Below, piece after piece: positions 27,831 to 41,175 of a stretch of 64,000 nucleotides of DNA. The notes under the pieces were generated by a model. The model had not been told where the DNA came from and made no database searches. It saw nothing but the letters and a program-made list of their open reading frames with translations. The DNA lies in contig JAAOMT010000379.1 in NCBI GenBank assembly GCA_016748015.1, positions 358,042 through 422,041 on the forward strand, read 5' to 3'. The stretch's first letter is position 1; each line of letters starts with the position of its first letter. The stretch comes from Geosiphon pyriformis uo1 (lineage: Eukaryota; Fungi; Glomeromycota). The position numbers and the translations under genes were made by a program.

Positions 27831-29915
27831 ATTGTACTTATTATAAAATAACCAATTTTATGTCAATATTTGTATAATTACTTTGTGGTAAAAGTTAATT
27901 TTTTTAAAGAAATTTTCAACTATAAGTTTTTTAATGATATGTAATTACTTTGCAAAAAAGTTAATTCAAAAATTTTGACTATAAGCTCTTTAATAATATA
28001 AAAAATAAGAGTTTTTATTAGATAAAAACATTTTTTTACAAATTTATAAGAAAATTAATTTCAGTTATAAAACAGTAGCTAAAATAAAATATATTTTTAA
28101 CTGTAATGTTATTTTAAGTTCTAAAATTTTTTTTCTGTTAATATTTTTATAAATTTTTTATATATATTAACAATTACAAGTTATTTTAGTAAACTATTGA
28201 ATATTTTGCTAAATTTTTATATATTTTATTAAATATTATATAGCTTAAGATATTATATTGTTTAATTATTGTATTCAATTATATTTGTGTATTATACAAA
28301 TTATTTATTAATTAAATACAATATTTGATAATTTAACTAAATAATAGTAGTAAAAATGAAATTAATATTATTTAATAATTAATAATAAAAATTATAAAAA
28401 TAATTTTATGTTAATTAATAACTTTTTTTTTGTTTAATAATAGCATGTTTTGTCTTTGGTGCTTTATTTTTATTATTAAATATTAAAATAGCTGTATTAA
28501 ATTTAAAACTAAAACTAAACAAAAAGTTTTTTTTTTGACTTGTATTTTTACTTTCAAAAGATATTTTTACTAATTTAAAATTTAATATTAATAATATACT
28601 AAAAGCTCTTAATTTTAGTATTTTTGATTATATTATAACTGTTATTATTAATTAAAACAAAGTTGATATTATAATCTTTAAGATTTTTGGTTTCTTTAAA
28701 CTATTTAAACTAATAGTTTTAAAAATTATGTTAAATTTGTTATTTAATTGTTTATTAAAGTTTTAAGCATAAGCAATAAATAAAATAGCAGTTATTTAAA
28801 AAACAGAAGCAAATACTAAGAAAACTATTAAAAAAACATATTTAAAATATATTTATTAATTATTTTAAATTTGCTAAACAATTTTAACTATTATATTTAA
28901 GATAAAATTACTTTTTAGAACAAAAAAAATCATAAAATATAAAACAGATTGCTTTTAATATTTTTGTAAAGAAATGTATTTTTTGTTTTTTATTTAATTT
29001 TTTTTAAATCTACATATTTAATTAATTTTTTTGGATCTTATATGTGTTGTTAAGTTTTATTACCTATTTAATATTAAAATTAAATTGTAAAATATATATT
29101 AATTTGATTTTTATTTTTAAAAAGCCATTAAACAATTTGTTAGATCGTTTTATTGGCCATTTTTTAAGTAAACCATGTAAAAAAACTATTAAAAGTTTTT
29201 TTTAATAATTTAAAACTTATTATTATTGATTGTTATTGCTTTTTTAATTTTTTTTAACTATTTAATTAAGTTTTAAGTGTTTTTTAAAATAAAAATAAAA
29301 AATTGTATTTTGTTTACCAAAAACTGTTTGAATTTTTTGGAAAGTAAATAAAATATTATTCTATTAAAAAACTTTTGGCTAAGTTATTATATTAAGTATT
29401 AAAGTTTGTAATAAAAATTTTGAATTATTGAAAAAAAATTCAAAAATAGAAGCAATTTAATGGTTTTTTTTTAGTTTTTAATAAAATTTTAATTAATTAA
29501 CAAAAAACTATTTAATTGTAGACTTAATAACTTAAAACTTCGAAATTGTAAAGTAGTCATCAAAAAAATTAAAAATATTATATAATTTTTTTTGATTGTT
29601 TTTTTCAAAAAATTTTTTAAAATATGCTTGTTTAAAAAGTAAATAATATAAATAAACTAGATTTTAGCTAAATAATCAATGTAAAATAAATTTTAAAAAT
29701 CTTATAACTGTTAACTAAATTAAATTTTAACTAAAAAACAAATAAAAAAGAATGAAAAAATTGATTTTAATATAATTTAAATTGTTTTAATTGTAAACAA
29801 TAAAATAATCATAGATTTTTCGTGATAAAAAAAATAATTGCTTATATAATAGTAGGTAAATTAAAGATTAACAACTTTACAAAGAGCACTTTTTTATGTT
29901 ATAAGTTAAAAAAAT

Positions 29916-30210
29916 ATGTAAATAAATAGCAAAGAGAACAATTATTGTATAATCAAAAAATAATCAAAAAATTAGAATAAGACTTATAAATATTTCATTT
30001 GTTATTTTTTTCAAAAGTAACAAGAAAATTAGAAAGTTGAAAAATAATTTATACTGTTAGCAAATTAATACAGCTGCTATAATTATATGTTTTATATTAA
30101 TTTTTTTATAATTTAATAAAATGTATTATTTGTATTTTTCAGTAAATATTTATTTAATATGTTTTACAAAAAAGCTAATAATATACATATCAAAAAAAAA
30201 AAAAAAATAG
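29916..30210. repeat. Short eroded copy of the dispersed LTR-like repeat
   Basis: ATAGCAAAGAGAACA...AAATATTTCA...AAAAGTAACAAGAAAAT...AGTAAATATTTATTTAATAT matches the other copies. Confidence 0.5.
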
Positions 30211-31895
30211 AAATTAAAAATATAAGTAAATTAAAAGTATTTTTTATAATAAGTAATTTTTGAAATATTTTTTTTAATTAAATATATAAAATACTTACAT
30301 TATTTTTGGCTTTTTTAAGACTTAATATACTCAAATTTTTAATTAAAAACATTATTTTAAAGTATTTATGTGATTTTTTGTTTTTGGTTATAGTTATAAC
30401 TTACTTATAAATTAATAAATTAATTTTTTTCATATTTTAATTAATAATTACAATTATTATTTTATCAGTATTAATATTAATATTATTCATTTAAAAAATT
30501 TACTTGGTATATTCAAAATTTTTAACTCATATTGTATTATCTATAGTAAAAAATTAGTTTATTAGCTTTTTTTAATGTGTTTTATTAGTTTTGCATTAAT
30601 TTTGTATCTTTAAAAGTTCTCATTTTTTTGATTTACACAAAAAATAAATATAAAAAATTTATTATAATAAAAATGAAAAATTTTATTTTAATCCATATAA
30701 TCTTTAATTAAACTAAAAATAGCTATATTATTTTTTGTTATTATGCAACCTTTTAAAAACTTTTGTTTATTTTTATTTATTCAAAATATTTTTTTAGATA
30801 CAATAATCTTACCAAGTTATAGGTTTTCTTTATATTTTGTTAAATTATTTATAGTTTTCAATTTTTTTTAAAGCATTTTTAACTAAAAATCTTAGATGTT
30901 TTTGTTAAAGTTTTTTAAATACTATTGTTTTTGCTTTTAGAAATCTTAAAATAAAATTCATCAATATTTTTAAAAGTATTTTTTTTGCTGTATTAATTGA
31001 TTAAAGATATTAGTTTAGTATTGATAAAAAATTTTATTATTTATACAGTTTGAAAAATATCAAAACTCAAACAAATATTATTTACTCGTTATATTTTTTT
31101 TAATTAAAATTGTATTAAATAACTTTAGCAATATATTTATAATTAATTTATTAACATGTTTTTATATCTTATTTAATATTTTAAATTTTGTTATTGGATA
31201 ATAATAATACAATATTTTTCAATTTTTTTAAACATTTTTTTTTATTATATTATCAAAAATGCGATTTTTAATATGTTTTATTAGTGTATATTAATTAATT
31301 TATTTTGTTTACATATAATTATATAATTTATAATTTTTTACTTTTTTTAATAATGAATAATTAATAAAACTTTTTTGTTTCTATACTAAAAAAAATATTT
31401 GTTTCTAAATTATAAATAAATAAAGTTATTATTGTTAAAATAAAATATTTATTTTATTTTAGATATATTAAAAAAAATATTCAGTTCTATCTTATTTGTT
31501 TAATTTTTTATAACAAATATCTTTGTAGTTTTTTTAATTTGTGTATTTGTATGTCATTTGTTTTGTTTTTATATTTAATTTTATATAAACATATATATTT
31601 ATATATTTTATTTTATTTACATATTAATTTAAACCAGTTTCTGTATAAATGTTGTTTTTAATATTATCAGAATTTATTAATTAATTTAAAACTTTATTTT
31701 AAAAATAAATTAAAAAAATCACAAAAAAATTTGTATTAAAATAAAAAAGTTAATTAACTTTTTTATTTATATTATTTATTTGGTTATTAATAATAATAGA
31801 AATTTGAAAAGACAATAACTTGTTTACTAATTTAATATTAAAAACTTTAAAACTTTTTGTAATAATTATTATTATTGTTATGATCTAATATAATA

Positions 31896-33285
31896 TGCTA
31901 ACAGATAGCAAAAAAGAACAGTATTGTATGGCAATAAAATAATAAAAAAGCAATTCAACTTTAATAAATAAATTGAATTAGTAAAAATTCAATATGGTAG
32001 ATTAATTTCATAAATATTTCAGTCGCTATTCTTTTTAAAAAGTAACAAAAAATCTGGAGATAAAAAAATAGTCAGTATTATCAACAAAAAATAACACATT
32101 GGTATAATTTTATGTTTTATGTTAACACTCTTAGAATTCAATATCAGGTATTAATTGTACTTTTTAGTAAATATTTATTCAATATACTTAACAAAAACTA
32201 ATAATTATACAAATCCAAAAAAATAATGAAAAAAAATAAAGAAGTAATATTATTGTATTGATTTTTGCTTTGAATTTTTGATTCGAATGTAAATAAATTT
32301 CTATAGTTTTTAAAAGTTTTACTTATATACTTTAAAAACAATTAATGATCAAGTTAGTAATTACATTAATAATTCAATTAATAATCAAGTCAATAATCAA
32401 ATTAATAATTAAATTAATAATTAATTCTAAAAATAGAGTGACTATTAATAATATTAATAACTAATACATATAATTAACTATAGCTAAATAAATAAATAAA
32501 AGTAAAAAATAAAAGTTTAATCATAATATTATTTTCTTTAAAAATATTAAGCTTCAATAAAATAAATTTATCTAAAGAAAATTTTAGGTTTTTTATTTTG
32601 AAATTAACTAGTTTGTTAAAATTTTTTGCTAATAAAGTATAAAAAAAGCTATAATAATAGTAGTTTTAAATCCAAAAAACCAAACTTTTATATAAGTATT
32701 TTGATTTTTTTTACAATAATCAAAACTTTTGAAATATCTAAATATAATACTTAAGATTTTTGCTTAAATTTTTGAAGTTGTTTTCTTTAAAAACTTTATA
32801 TTATCTATAATTTCACCAATTTTTTTATAATTTTTAAGCTATCTTTTATATGAAAATATTTTGTCTATAAACAAAACTTTTTTGTTATTTTTTTAAATAT
32901 ATTAGAAAGAAAAATATTTTATCAATTATGTATTTAAGTACATATTTTTTTATTTTGCTGCCAATTTTCTGTTTTTTATAACAGTTTTTTAAAAGTTGAT
33001 AACAGAGTATATTCTAATTTTATTTTTTTTAGTAATTTGTTTTTCAATAATAATTAAAGCATCTGGATAATTTTTATTTAATATTTATAAATAGTGAAAA
33101 AAGCAATTTAAATATTTTAATTATAAAAATATTTTTTTATACTGGTTAAAAATATAATTGTTTTGAAATTAAAATGACTTTTTTATATTTATTTTGATAT
33201 ATTACTAATAAATATTGTAAATATTATAATAATTAGTAATTTATTAGATTTCTTATAATATTTTTTGATTTATATACTATAAACA
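31896..33285 (-). mobile_element. ~1.4-kb dispersed repeat, possibly a solo LTR (eroded)
   Basis: Collinear with 41176-42520. TG...CA-like ends, a minus-strand GTATATAAG TATA-like box near 32325, and an internal 12-bp tandem array at 32340-32425. No convincing TSD. Confidence 0.5.
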
Positions 33286-34167
33286 AATCGATTATTAAAT
33301 ATTGTTTTATAGTAGTCCTATAAAATATAAGATTTATTGTTTATTATTTTGTTAATTATTAATGGTTTTTTCTATTAACTTGAAAATTTGTTACTAAAAA
33401 CATTGTTTTAATCTAATTTGTATTCAAAAACTAAGCCATTAATACTTAAAAAAGTGTTTTATATGTTTTTTTTTAAATTTTTTTTGGAATGTTTTTATCT
33501 TTTTATAAGTAATTATTTATATTTTTATTAAAAATTTTAATATTGTTCTAAGTTTTTGTTATAAGTTTAATTATTTTTTAAAAAGCATTGTTTTAATATT
33601 AGTTTTAATTAATAATATTATTATGTATTTATAGAATAAATAAAAAAATTTATAACTAATTATGTTATGGTTTATTCTTTAATAAATAAAGAGTGCTAAA
33701 AACAAAACTTTGTTTTTATAAATTTGTTTTTTTACTGGTTTTTGCTAAAGTTTTATAAATATTTAATTGAAATATTTTACTAATTTATTAGTCTATAAGT
33801 AATAAAAAAGAAGAGTTTATAATATATTCCAAGTTTTTTTTACTATTAAACTAAGAAAAAATTTTCTTTATTTAAAAGTAATTCTTAAAAACATCTATGT
33901 TTACATATAATTTTTTTATTAATAAAATTAACAATTAAATAACAGTTTAATTTAAAATGGTTTTTGTTTTTTTTATTTTGTTAAGTAATTTTTTATTATT
34001 ATAATATATTATTTTTTTTTTTTTTTTTTTTACAAATTGGAAAAAACTTTTTTCTCTTCTATCTCCAAAACCCTCAAAAACCACACTTTCTGTAAAAAGA
34101 AGGTTTTTTGTTTTTTTTAGTCTATATCAATATTTTTTTACCTAATAATAACCCATTTTTCGTGGAT

Positions 34168-36030
34168 ATGGAGGCTACTGCTAGTAGCACCATACCTAAA
34201 AAGAAGGCTCCTAAAGATGCTTTTTTCAGTCCTACTGGTGGCTCTTTTTCTCAGAAAAAAACAGTTGTTCTTGGCAACATAAAACACTCTGGTGATGAAA
34301 AGGATATATCTTTGAGCAAAGCTGGATCTAGTGGCAGTGTTTATTCTGATGTGGAGAGTATATTTGGTGAGAATGAGAATGTTAGCATGTTTAGAATGAA
34401 TGGTGGATCTCTTTTGGACTCAGCTGCTACTACACCCAAAGCAAAGTGAGTCAATTCTGGTATTGGCTTTGGTTCTTTACTTGGCTCTCCCAACTTTCAT
34501 ATAGATAATGATAAAGTAGTGCTCCCTTCTTGCTTGCCTATCTCTCTAGAAAAAAAGTGGATTTACCCTAAAATTATCAAGACTCCTGTGGAGGTGCCAA
34601 TTAAAAAGTCATTTGCTTTGAATATTAATCTCTCAACTGTAGAAAGTAAATTGGCAACAGCAAAGACTCAGTTAATTAGAAAAATTTTTTCAACAGTCAA
34701 TGGTTTTGGAGAGGCCACTATTCCCTCAAAATTTGAAGGGATCATCCAATTAATGTTTACTTTTGAAGAAAGCATGGAAATGGCCATATTATTGGCCAGA
34801 GAAAAAGAGATTGATGTAAACAACAATCTTAAAAAACAAGAAATGAGGTCAGATCAGACTGTGATAATCAAGAAAATTCTCATAAATATACCTAAAGATA
34901 TAATCATTATTGTAATATTTAAATTTGGGGAAATTAAGTCAATCAAAATTCAATTAATTGGAATGTGGCAAAAAACTGTGGTAGAGTTTGCTGAAATAGA
35001 CCAAGCTGTTTTGTTGGTCTCAAAGTGATCATTCCTAATTGGTAAAAATTCTGTACAAGTAGTTAAAGCAGTGGAGAATTGTGAAACTTGGATCAGTTCA
35101 GAACACTTCTGTTTACTTTACCTGTGAGAACAATTGCTCATGATTTGGGCAATCTTTTGGTAAGAGCTGGTGGGAAAACATGCATCATAAACAGGTCTAT
35201 AGAAAATAGTAATAAGATTCACTGTGCAATAGTCAGTTTTGCCTCTGATAATGATCTAGAATTTGCCTTTCACACGGAGCCTGTCTTCAATAGAGTGAAA
35301 CTCTCTTGGGCAAGATTGGATTTGGTTCAGTGTGAGAAATGTGAGAAGCTTGAACATTCTGCTTTAGAATGTAATGTGCCTGCTGTGTCCATTTCTAAGT
35401 TTTTCAAAGTCATTTAAAAGAGTTGCATCTGATAAACATCATTTTCAGTTGGCAAAATTGTATGAGAAAAAAAGTGTTTTAATATCTTGCCCTACTGTCT
35501 TTGGTGGCAAATCTTGGGCCCAGGTGGTCTCACTTGTTGGTTCTTTTGATGGTTTTCACTTCACTTTTGGCTCTGGTTCTTCTTCTTCTGGCATCTCAGA
35601 TTTAAATAGTGGTTGTCCTCCTATCTTGGTTGATGACTTATCTTTGGATGCTCGCTTGGCTTCTTTGAAATAATTGTTGGAACTGTTAACTGACCAAGTT
35701 TCTAGTATTATGCACAAGCTCAGCAATCTGGAATTGGTGCCACAAGCTCTATCTCCTTCTTCTAAAGTCTCAGCTACCTTTGTTACTGCCAAGAAGGATT
35801 TGGCTTTGGATATGATTGTGAATGGTTCTGAGTTGGTACTTCCACCTTCCTCATTTGCCTTCTCTAGCATGTCAACCTTAGGTCTAAGCAGCTCAAAAGT
35901 TTTGATAACCAAAGTTGGCAGTCTGGAATCTAAATTGGTGGCTTTTGAAACTTCTGTTGATTCAGTTTTGGTGAAGTTAAATTACTTGTGTGCTGGTTCA
36001 GGTCCTTTGTCCTCCTTTTCATTCCAATGA
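34168..36030 (+). pseudogene. LINE A ORF1 (nucleic-acid-binding protein with CCHC knuckle)
   Basis: Fragments 34108-36030; CEKCEKLEHSALEC (Cx2Cx4Hx4C); coiled-coil-like C-terminus; several stops and a frameshift. Confidence 0.85.
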
Positions 36031-39000
36031 GTAGTTTGATATAGAGAATAGCTACATGCAATGTTCAGAGCATCAACATGCCTGCTAAACAAGAAAATGT
36101 TGTGCGCTGGCACAAGGAATCTGGGAATACAATTTTAGTATTAACAGAAACAAAGTTGAGGTCTAATATTAGGCCTTGGATCATAAACAAGTTCGATGGA
36201 ATACAGATTTTTACTTTTGGTTTGGATAAAAGTTTTTTTGGTGTTGGTGTGGCTATTATTATAAACAATTTTTTGACATGTCATGTTTTAAAGGTGGAGG
36301 AGATTTCTGGCTGTGTTGTCTTAGTTCGTTTTCTCTTCAAGAACAAGACTTTAGTCTTAATTATCAGTCTATATGCTGGTGCCTCTTCTGGTGTTAGGTT
36401 TAGCCTGGCCTCGGTGGTCAATTTTTTTATTGCCCAAGTGGTTAATTCTAGTACTTTTATCATCTTGGGTGGTAATTTTAATGAGAATAGAGCTAGAAAA
36501 AGTGCAAGTCTTGGGTTTTGTTTGAATTTGAGCTTGATTAATTCTTTTGGTGGTCATTCTCTGGCAAGTGCACCTACATAGAGCAATTCAAGAAGTGTTA
36601 ATAGAGTTATTGACTACATTTTTGTTAGCAAGAATCTCATTTCAGCAGTGGCTGGCCATGATATTGGTTCTGTTTCTGAGTTTTTTGACACTGATCATAG
36701 TGCTGTTTTCATCTCTGTGGGCTTAGGGGGTCTTCTGAATGTTTATTTGAACAACACATGCAAACAGGCTAATAAAGATTATTGGAAGTTCAATTTGAAG
36801 GAGGTAGATGATAGTCAGTGGGAATGTTTTAGGTTGTGTTTTTCAGAGAGATTTTCAGTGAGAGCTGAGGAGTTTCTTAATGCAGAACATAGTGGCAACT
36901 TGGATGCAATATGGGAGATTCTCGGAGAAGTGGTAGTTAATTCTGCTGATGTTGTCTTTTTTCGGCTCTGGTATAATGAGTTCAATTGTGCTAGAAATAA
37001 GTTTTTTTCAAAATTTTTCAGATTAGAATTGCTGTTATTCAAGATTGTCAAAAGTTTGAGTTCAGGGCTGGGTTTGACAGTTGACCATCTGGTTAACACT
37101 TGGTTAATCATTAATGAAGTGGAAGCTTCCAAAGTTTATCTTATGATTAGTAATGAAGTTCGGATTGATGTTATTCTGCATCACATTTTAGGAGTCAAAA
37201 AAAGTTACCGCAAATCTAAATATTATGAATTCAAAGTGGTCAGGAATAACTCCATCAAAAAGGCTGTTGAAAAACACATAGAAAATTTTTGTTCAGATAA
37301 GGGAAGAATGATTAAGAGCATTTTGAATTGGCTATTTAGGAAAGTGGTTTTTGATTATTTAATTGTTAATAACAACCTTATTCTTGAACCACAGATGGTT
37401 AAGTTTTCGATTGACACAATAATGAAGGATTAGACAAGAAAGCGCTTGGCTTCTGATGCTCTCCCTAATCATTGATGTGGACGATACACCTCTTTGGATT
37501 ATGTTAATAAAGTTACATTCTTAAAGGTTATGGGTGATATTGATATGAATGAGCTTATGTGTGTTATAAAGGATCTGCCTGATAGGAAAGCTGCTGAACT
37601 CTCTGGCATACCTAATGAGCTATAGAAACATGGTAATATGTTGGTTCTTAGTAGTTTTTTGTCTATTTTTAATTGTTGTTTGAAATATGAGAAGGTTTTT
37701 GTACAGTAGAAAAAGTCTTAGGTGTTCATAATTCTTAAATCTTATGATTAGGAGGGCACTCTCACCAACACCTATCCAATTGTATTGATAGAAACTGCTT
37801 GGAAAATTTTGTCAAAGGTTTTTTCAAACAGAATCTCTCTGGCTTGTAGCAGATTCAATGTTTTGTGTGATGACAATTTCTCAGTTCTTAAAGACACCTC
37901 AACACAAAGTCTGATCTTTGCCATTGGTTCAGTTATTGAGGATGCTCTGGAAAAAAACTGAAAGATGTGGCTTGTTTTTTAAGATATGCACAAAGCCTAT
38001 GATTCTGTCGGGTGAATTCATTTGCTCAATAGCTTAGTCAAGATCAAGATGTGTTCTCACTTTATTAACTTTTTTGGCAATATACACAAGAAAAGAACCA
38101 ATCGGGTGATGACAGATTTTGGCTTAACTGATGGCTATATTGTTCACAATGGCCTTGATCAAGAGGAGATGTTTTTGCCATTATTATGGAGGATATTTTA
38201 TGACTCACTTTTTTGTGAGGTAAAGAAGCATGAACATTTTTATGGGTACAGAATGTGTTCTAAGTTCTTCACAAGGACTGGCAAGTCCAATCTAAGGAGT
38301 GACCTGACTTTTTTCTTTGCTGCTGGCACTTTTGTAAATGACACAATCTGGGTTGGCAACTGTTTGACAACTATGCAAAATATTTTAAACATAGCCAGTG
38401 AGTTTTTTGCTATCAATAATATTTTGATAAACACAGAAAAAACAGTTGCCATACCTATTAATCAAGGTGTCCGGGATGCTGTTCTGTCTATTAGTGGTTC
38501 TAGGATTTTAGTGGCGAGAAAAGATGAGTCACACAGATACCTGGGTATTTTTTTATCAACTAATGGCTTGTCTAAGCCCAGCTTAGCCAAGGCACATGTT
38601 GATGTCAAGTTCTTTTCAAATGTGGTTTTGAGGAAAGCCATCACTGAAAAACAATTTTTGTACTTAGTTTTAGCCGTCTTACAGTCTATTGTTGGCTACA
38701 GACTGCAATTTAGCTTTGCCTTCAAAAGTGCATGTGAGAAATAGGACAGATTATTAAGGAAGGGACTAAAGTTTAAAGCTAATCTGCCTAAGAACTTTCC
38801 TAGTGAGGTGTTACATCATTCTGAGTTTTATGAAATGAAGACTTTTAAGCAAGTGCTAACAGAAAATTTGTTGACTAACTTAGTTAATTTTGCCAATGCC
38901 AGTAGAATTCTTGGTAGATTTTTTGATTATAAAGTGATAGATCTGTAGGCGGCAAGTTAGACACTCTGGCATCCTCTACATTTTCTGATTACATTGCCTG

Positions 39001-40708
39001 TTTGTCCTTTGAATTGTTTTCTGGAGCTATCCATGCTTTTGCTTCATGCAATCTTTTCTTGAGTGGTGCAATTCCTAATGTGTTTTGAGCTGGGTCCAGC
39101 ATACCCATTTTGGATGTGCTGGGCCTGGATATATATATAAGTGTAGTTAAGTCTCTCAAATGGTATGGCTTTGTCTTTGCTAATCAAATTTTGAATCAGC
39201 GTAAAGTGTGTTTTACTTGAAATACTTTTCGCAAATGGAAAAGACTGGACTTCAGAGGTCTTATTTCTACTTGGTTCATGTTCTTGTCTGATTTTGTTAG
39301 GAATAGTGGTTTGGGTGGTGGCATGGCTTTAGCATCTTATTATGCTTGTGCTAACATGTCTTGCAAGGTCAGTTTTATCTCTGAACATGTCTTTGTTTCT
39401 GGTAGTAATTTCATTGAAGTTTACACAGATAGTTCTGTCAAAGGTATGGGGACCATTGGTGCCTGTAGTGGTACTGCTGTGTACTTTCCAGTGGTTGACA
39501 TGAGCATTAGAGTAAAAGTTCATGGCTTGTTGTCTTCAACATTGGTGGAGTTACAAGCTATCACTTTAGCTTTGGAGTGTGTGCCTGCTTATAGTATTAT
39601 TACTTTGTACACGGACAGTCAAGTGTCACTGGATATATGTGAACTAGGTGTGAGTGCATCTGGTCCTGACTTTCACAAAAAATGTTGGTTGGAAAAAAAA
39701 CACATTTGTTATTCTATTTCAAAAAAAAATCTTTTGGTCACATGAAAAAAGGTCAAGGGACATTCGGGTGTTGTTGGAAATGAGCAAACTGATTTTTTTG
39801 CTAATACGGCAGTTACTTCTAAGTCTGTGTTTTCTTTCAATGTGCTGTGCCACTTTTTTGGTGTGAAAAACCAGCCTATTTTAGATAATGTGTGTCATTT
39901 TGTCAGGAGTTTGTTCAATGTTATTAGTTTTGCCAATTGGGAATTCAAGTGTACTTCTGGAGTTGTGGACAAGGATGTTATCTGTACAGTTGATATGAAC
40001 AGGTCTTTTAGTGTTTGGCATCCAGATAATAAAATCTGGTCAGGTTATACCAGTTCATCTTCAGCTTCATTGTATTCATATCTTATGAAGTCACTTCACT
40101 GTTACTTGCCAGTTACCATGAAAAAGAGGTTGTATAATTCCAAATATCCCAGTGTATTGTGCATCAGATGTGGTTTGGTTGAAAATTTGGATCACTTTTT
40201 TTTGTGTGTGCAGGATGATGGTACCAGGGAGGCTTTGTTGTTGGCCACTCGAGTAAAATGGTGCGAGATGGTTGGTTGTTTGGTCATAGAGAATATAGTT
40301 ATTAAGTCTTTTTGTGAGGCTGGATCTGCTGGTGGCTTATATATGATGTTGGCCAAAGAGTTTGTTTTAAAAAGCTGTGTGGCAGATGCTGCCCGCCATT
40401 TTGGCTTTCAGTCTGATAGTGATATGGTCATTGGGTTGGTTTACAACATGGTTAAATATCACAGATCCAGCATCTGGCTGTCTGTTGCTAAATTGAGATC
40501 CTTTTATGAAAAACATGGTTTGCTGTCATGTGATGGCTTTGCTGTCCCTGTGGTAGTCAGTTTGTCATCTGTTAAACCTGCTGAGGTTATCTGCAGTTTT
40601 GGTATTAGATTGGGCATTTATGTGTGCTTTGGTTTGCATCCTCATTTGTCCAATTTTGACTTCAGTTTCTTAAGTCATGTTCCTGTAGTAGATCTTGTAG
40701 ATGTGTAA
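36027..40708 (+). pseudogene. LINE A ORF2 (AP endonuclease, reverse transcriptase, RNase H, Cys/His finger)
   Basis: ATCNV, TETKL, GGNFNE, IDYIF, DTDH (APE). DMHKAYDSV, GLDQ, FVND (RT). YTDSS, ELQAITLAL, TDSQ, KVKGHSGVVGNE (RNase H). CIRCG...DHFFLC. Many premature stops. Confidence 0.92.
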
Positions 40709-41175
40709 TGCTGTCTTGACTGGGCCGAGTGTCTGGTCACATATAGAAAAAACATGAGCCATACTTAATTTAGAATCCTGTTTGATTTTATGTATTTAGG
40801 TAGTAGTTGAGCTGCATTCGTAAAACTTAATAAAAAAAATAATATATTTGTTTTTATTAAAGACTATAATTAAAAATTTAACAATATTAATTTCAATTTT
40901 ATTAAAAAATTAACTAACAAAAATTGGATTTATTTCTTCATTAACAAATATTATATGTTCTAATATATTCTGTTATATTTTTTTTAAAGTTGGCCAATAA
41001 TATCTTGTTTTTTTGTGATGTTTGATATTATAGTTATATTTATTTAAGTATATAATCCAATAAAAAAATCTTTTATAATTCAGTTTTATTTTGTTTTTTA
41101 ATTAAACTAAAACTTAATAATTAATATAAATATTAAATTATTTTCTCATAAAATATTGTTATAATCGGATTAACA

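Larger units (their letters stand above)
34047..40839 (+). mobile_element. Full-length LINE (copy A), inactivated
   Basis: Pyrimidine-rich 5' end following an A-run, ORF1, ORF2 (APE-RT-RNase H), structured 3' UTR, A-rich tail. Homologous to copies B and C. Confidence 0.95.

Noticed and set aside
28400-31890. Extremely AT-rich tract with faint LINE-like echoes (also 33300-34000 and 40850-41175)
   Set aside because: Probably older fossil elements, but too eroded to delimit by eye.
32340-32425. Short periodic repeats considered as a CRISPR-like array (also 45201-45317 and 27870-28000)
   Set aside because: Head-to-tail tandem units with no unique spacers and no cas genes; eukaryotic context.
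40730-40810. GUC, AGAAA and UAUGUAUUUA in the LINE 3' UTR, recalling a hairpin ribozyme
   Set aside because: The helices required around loops A and B cannot be formed consistently across copies.
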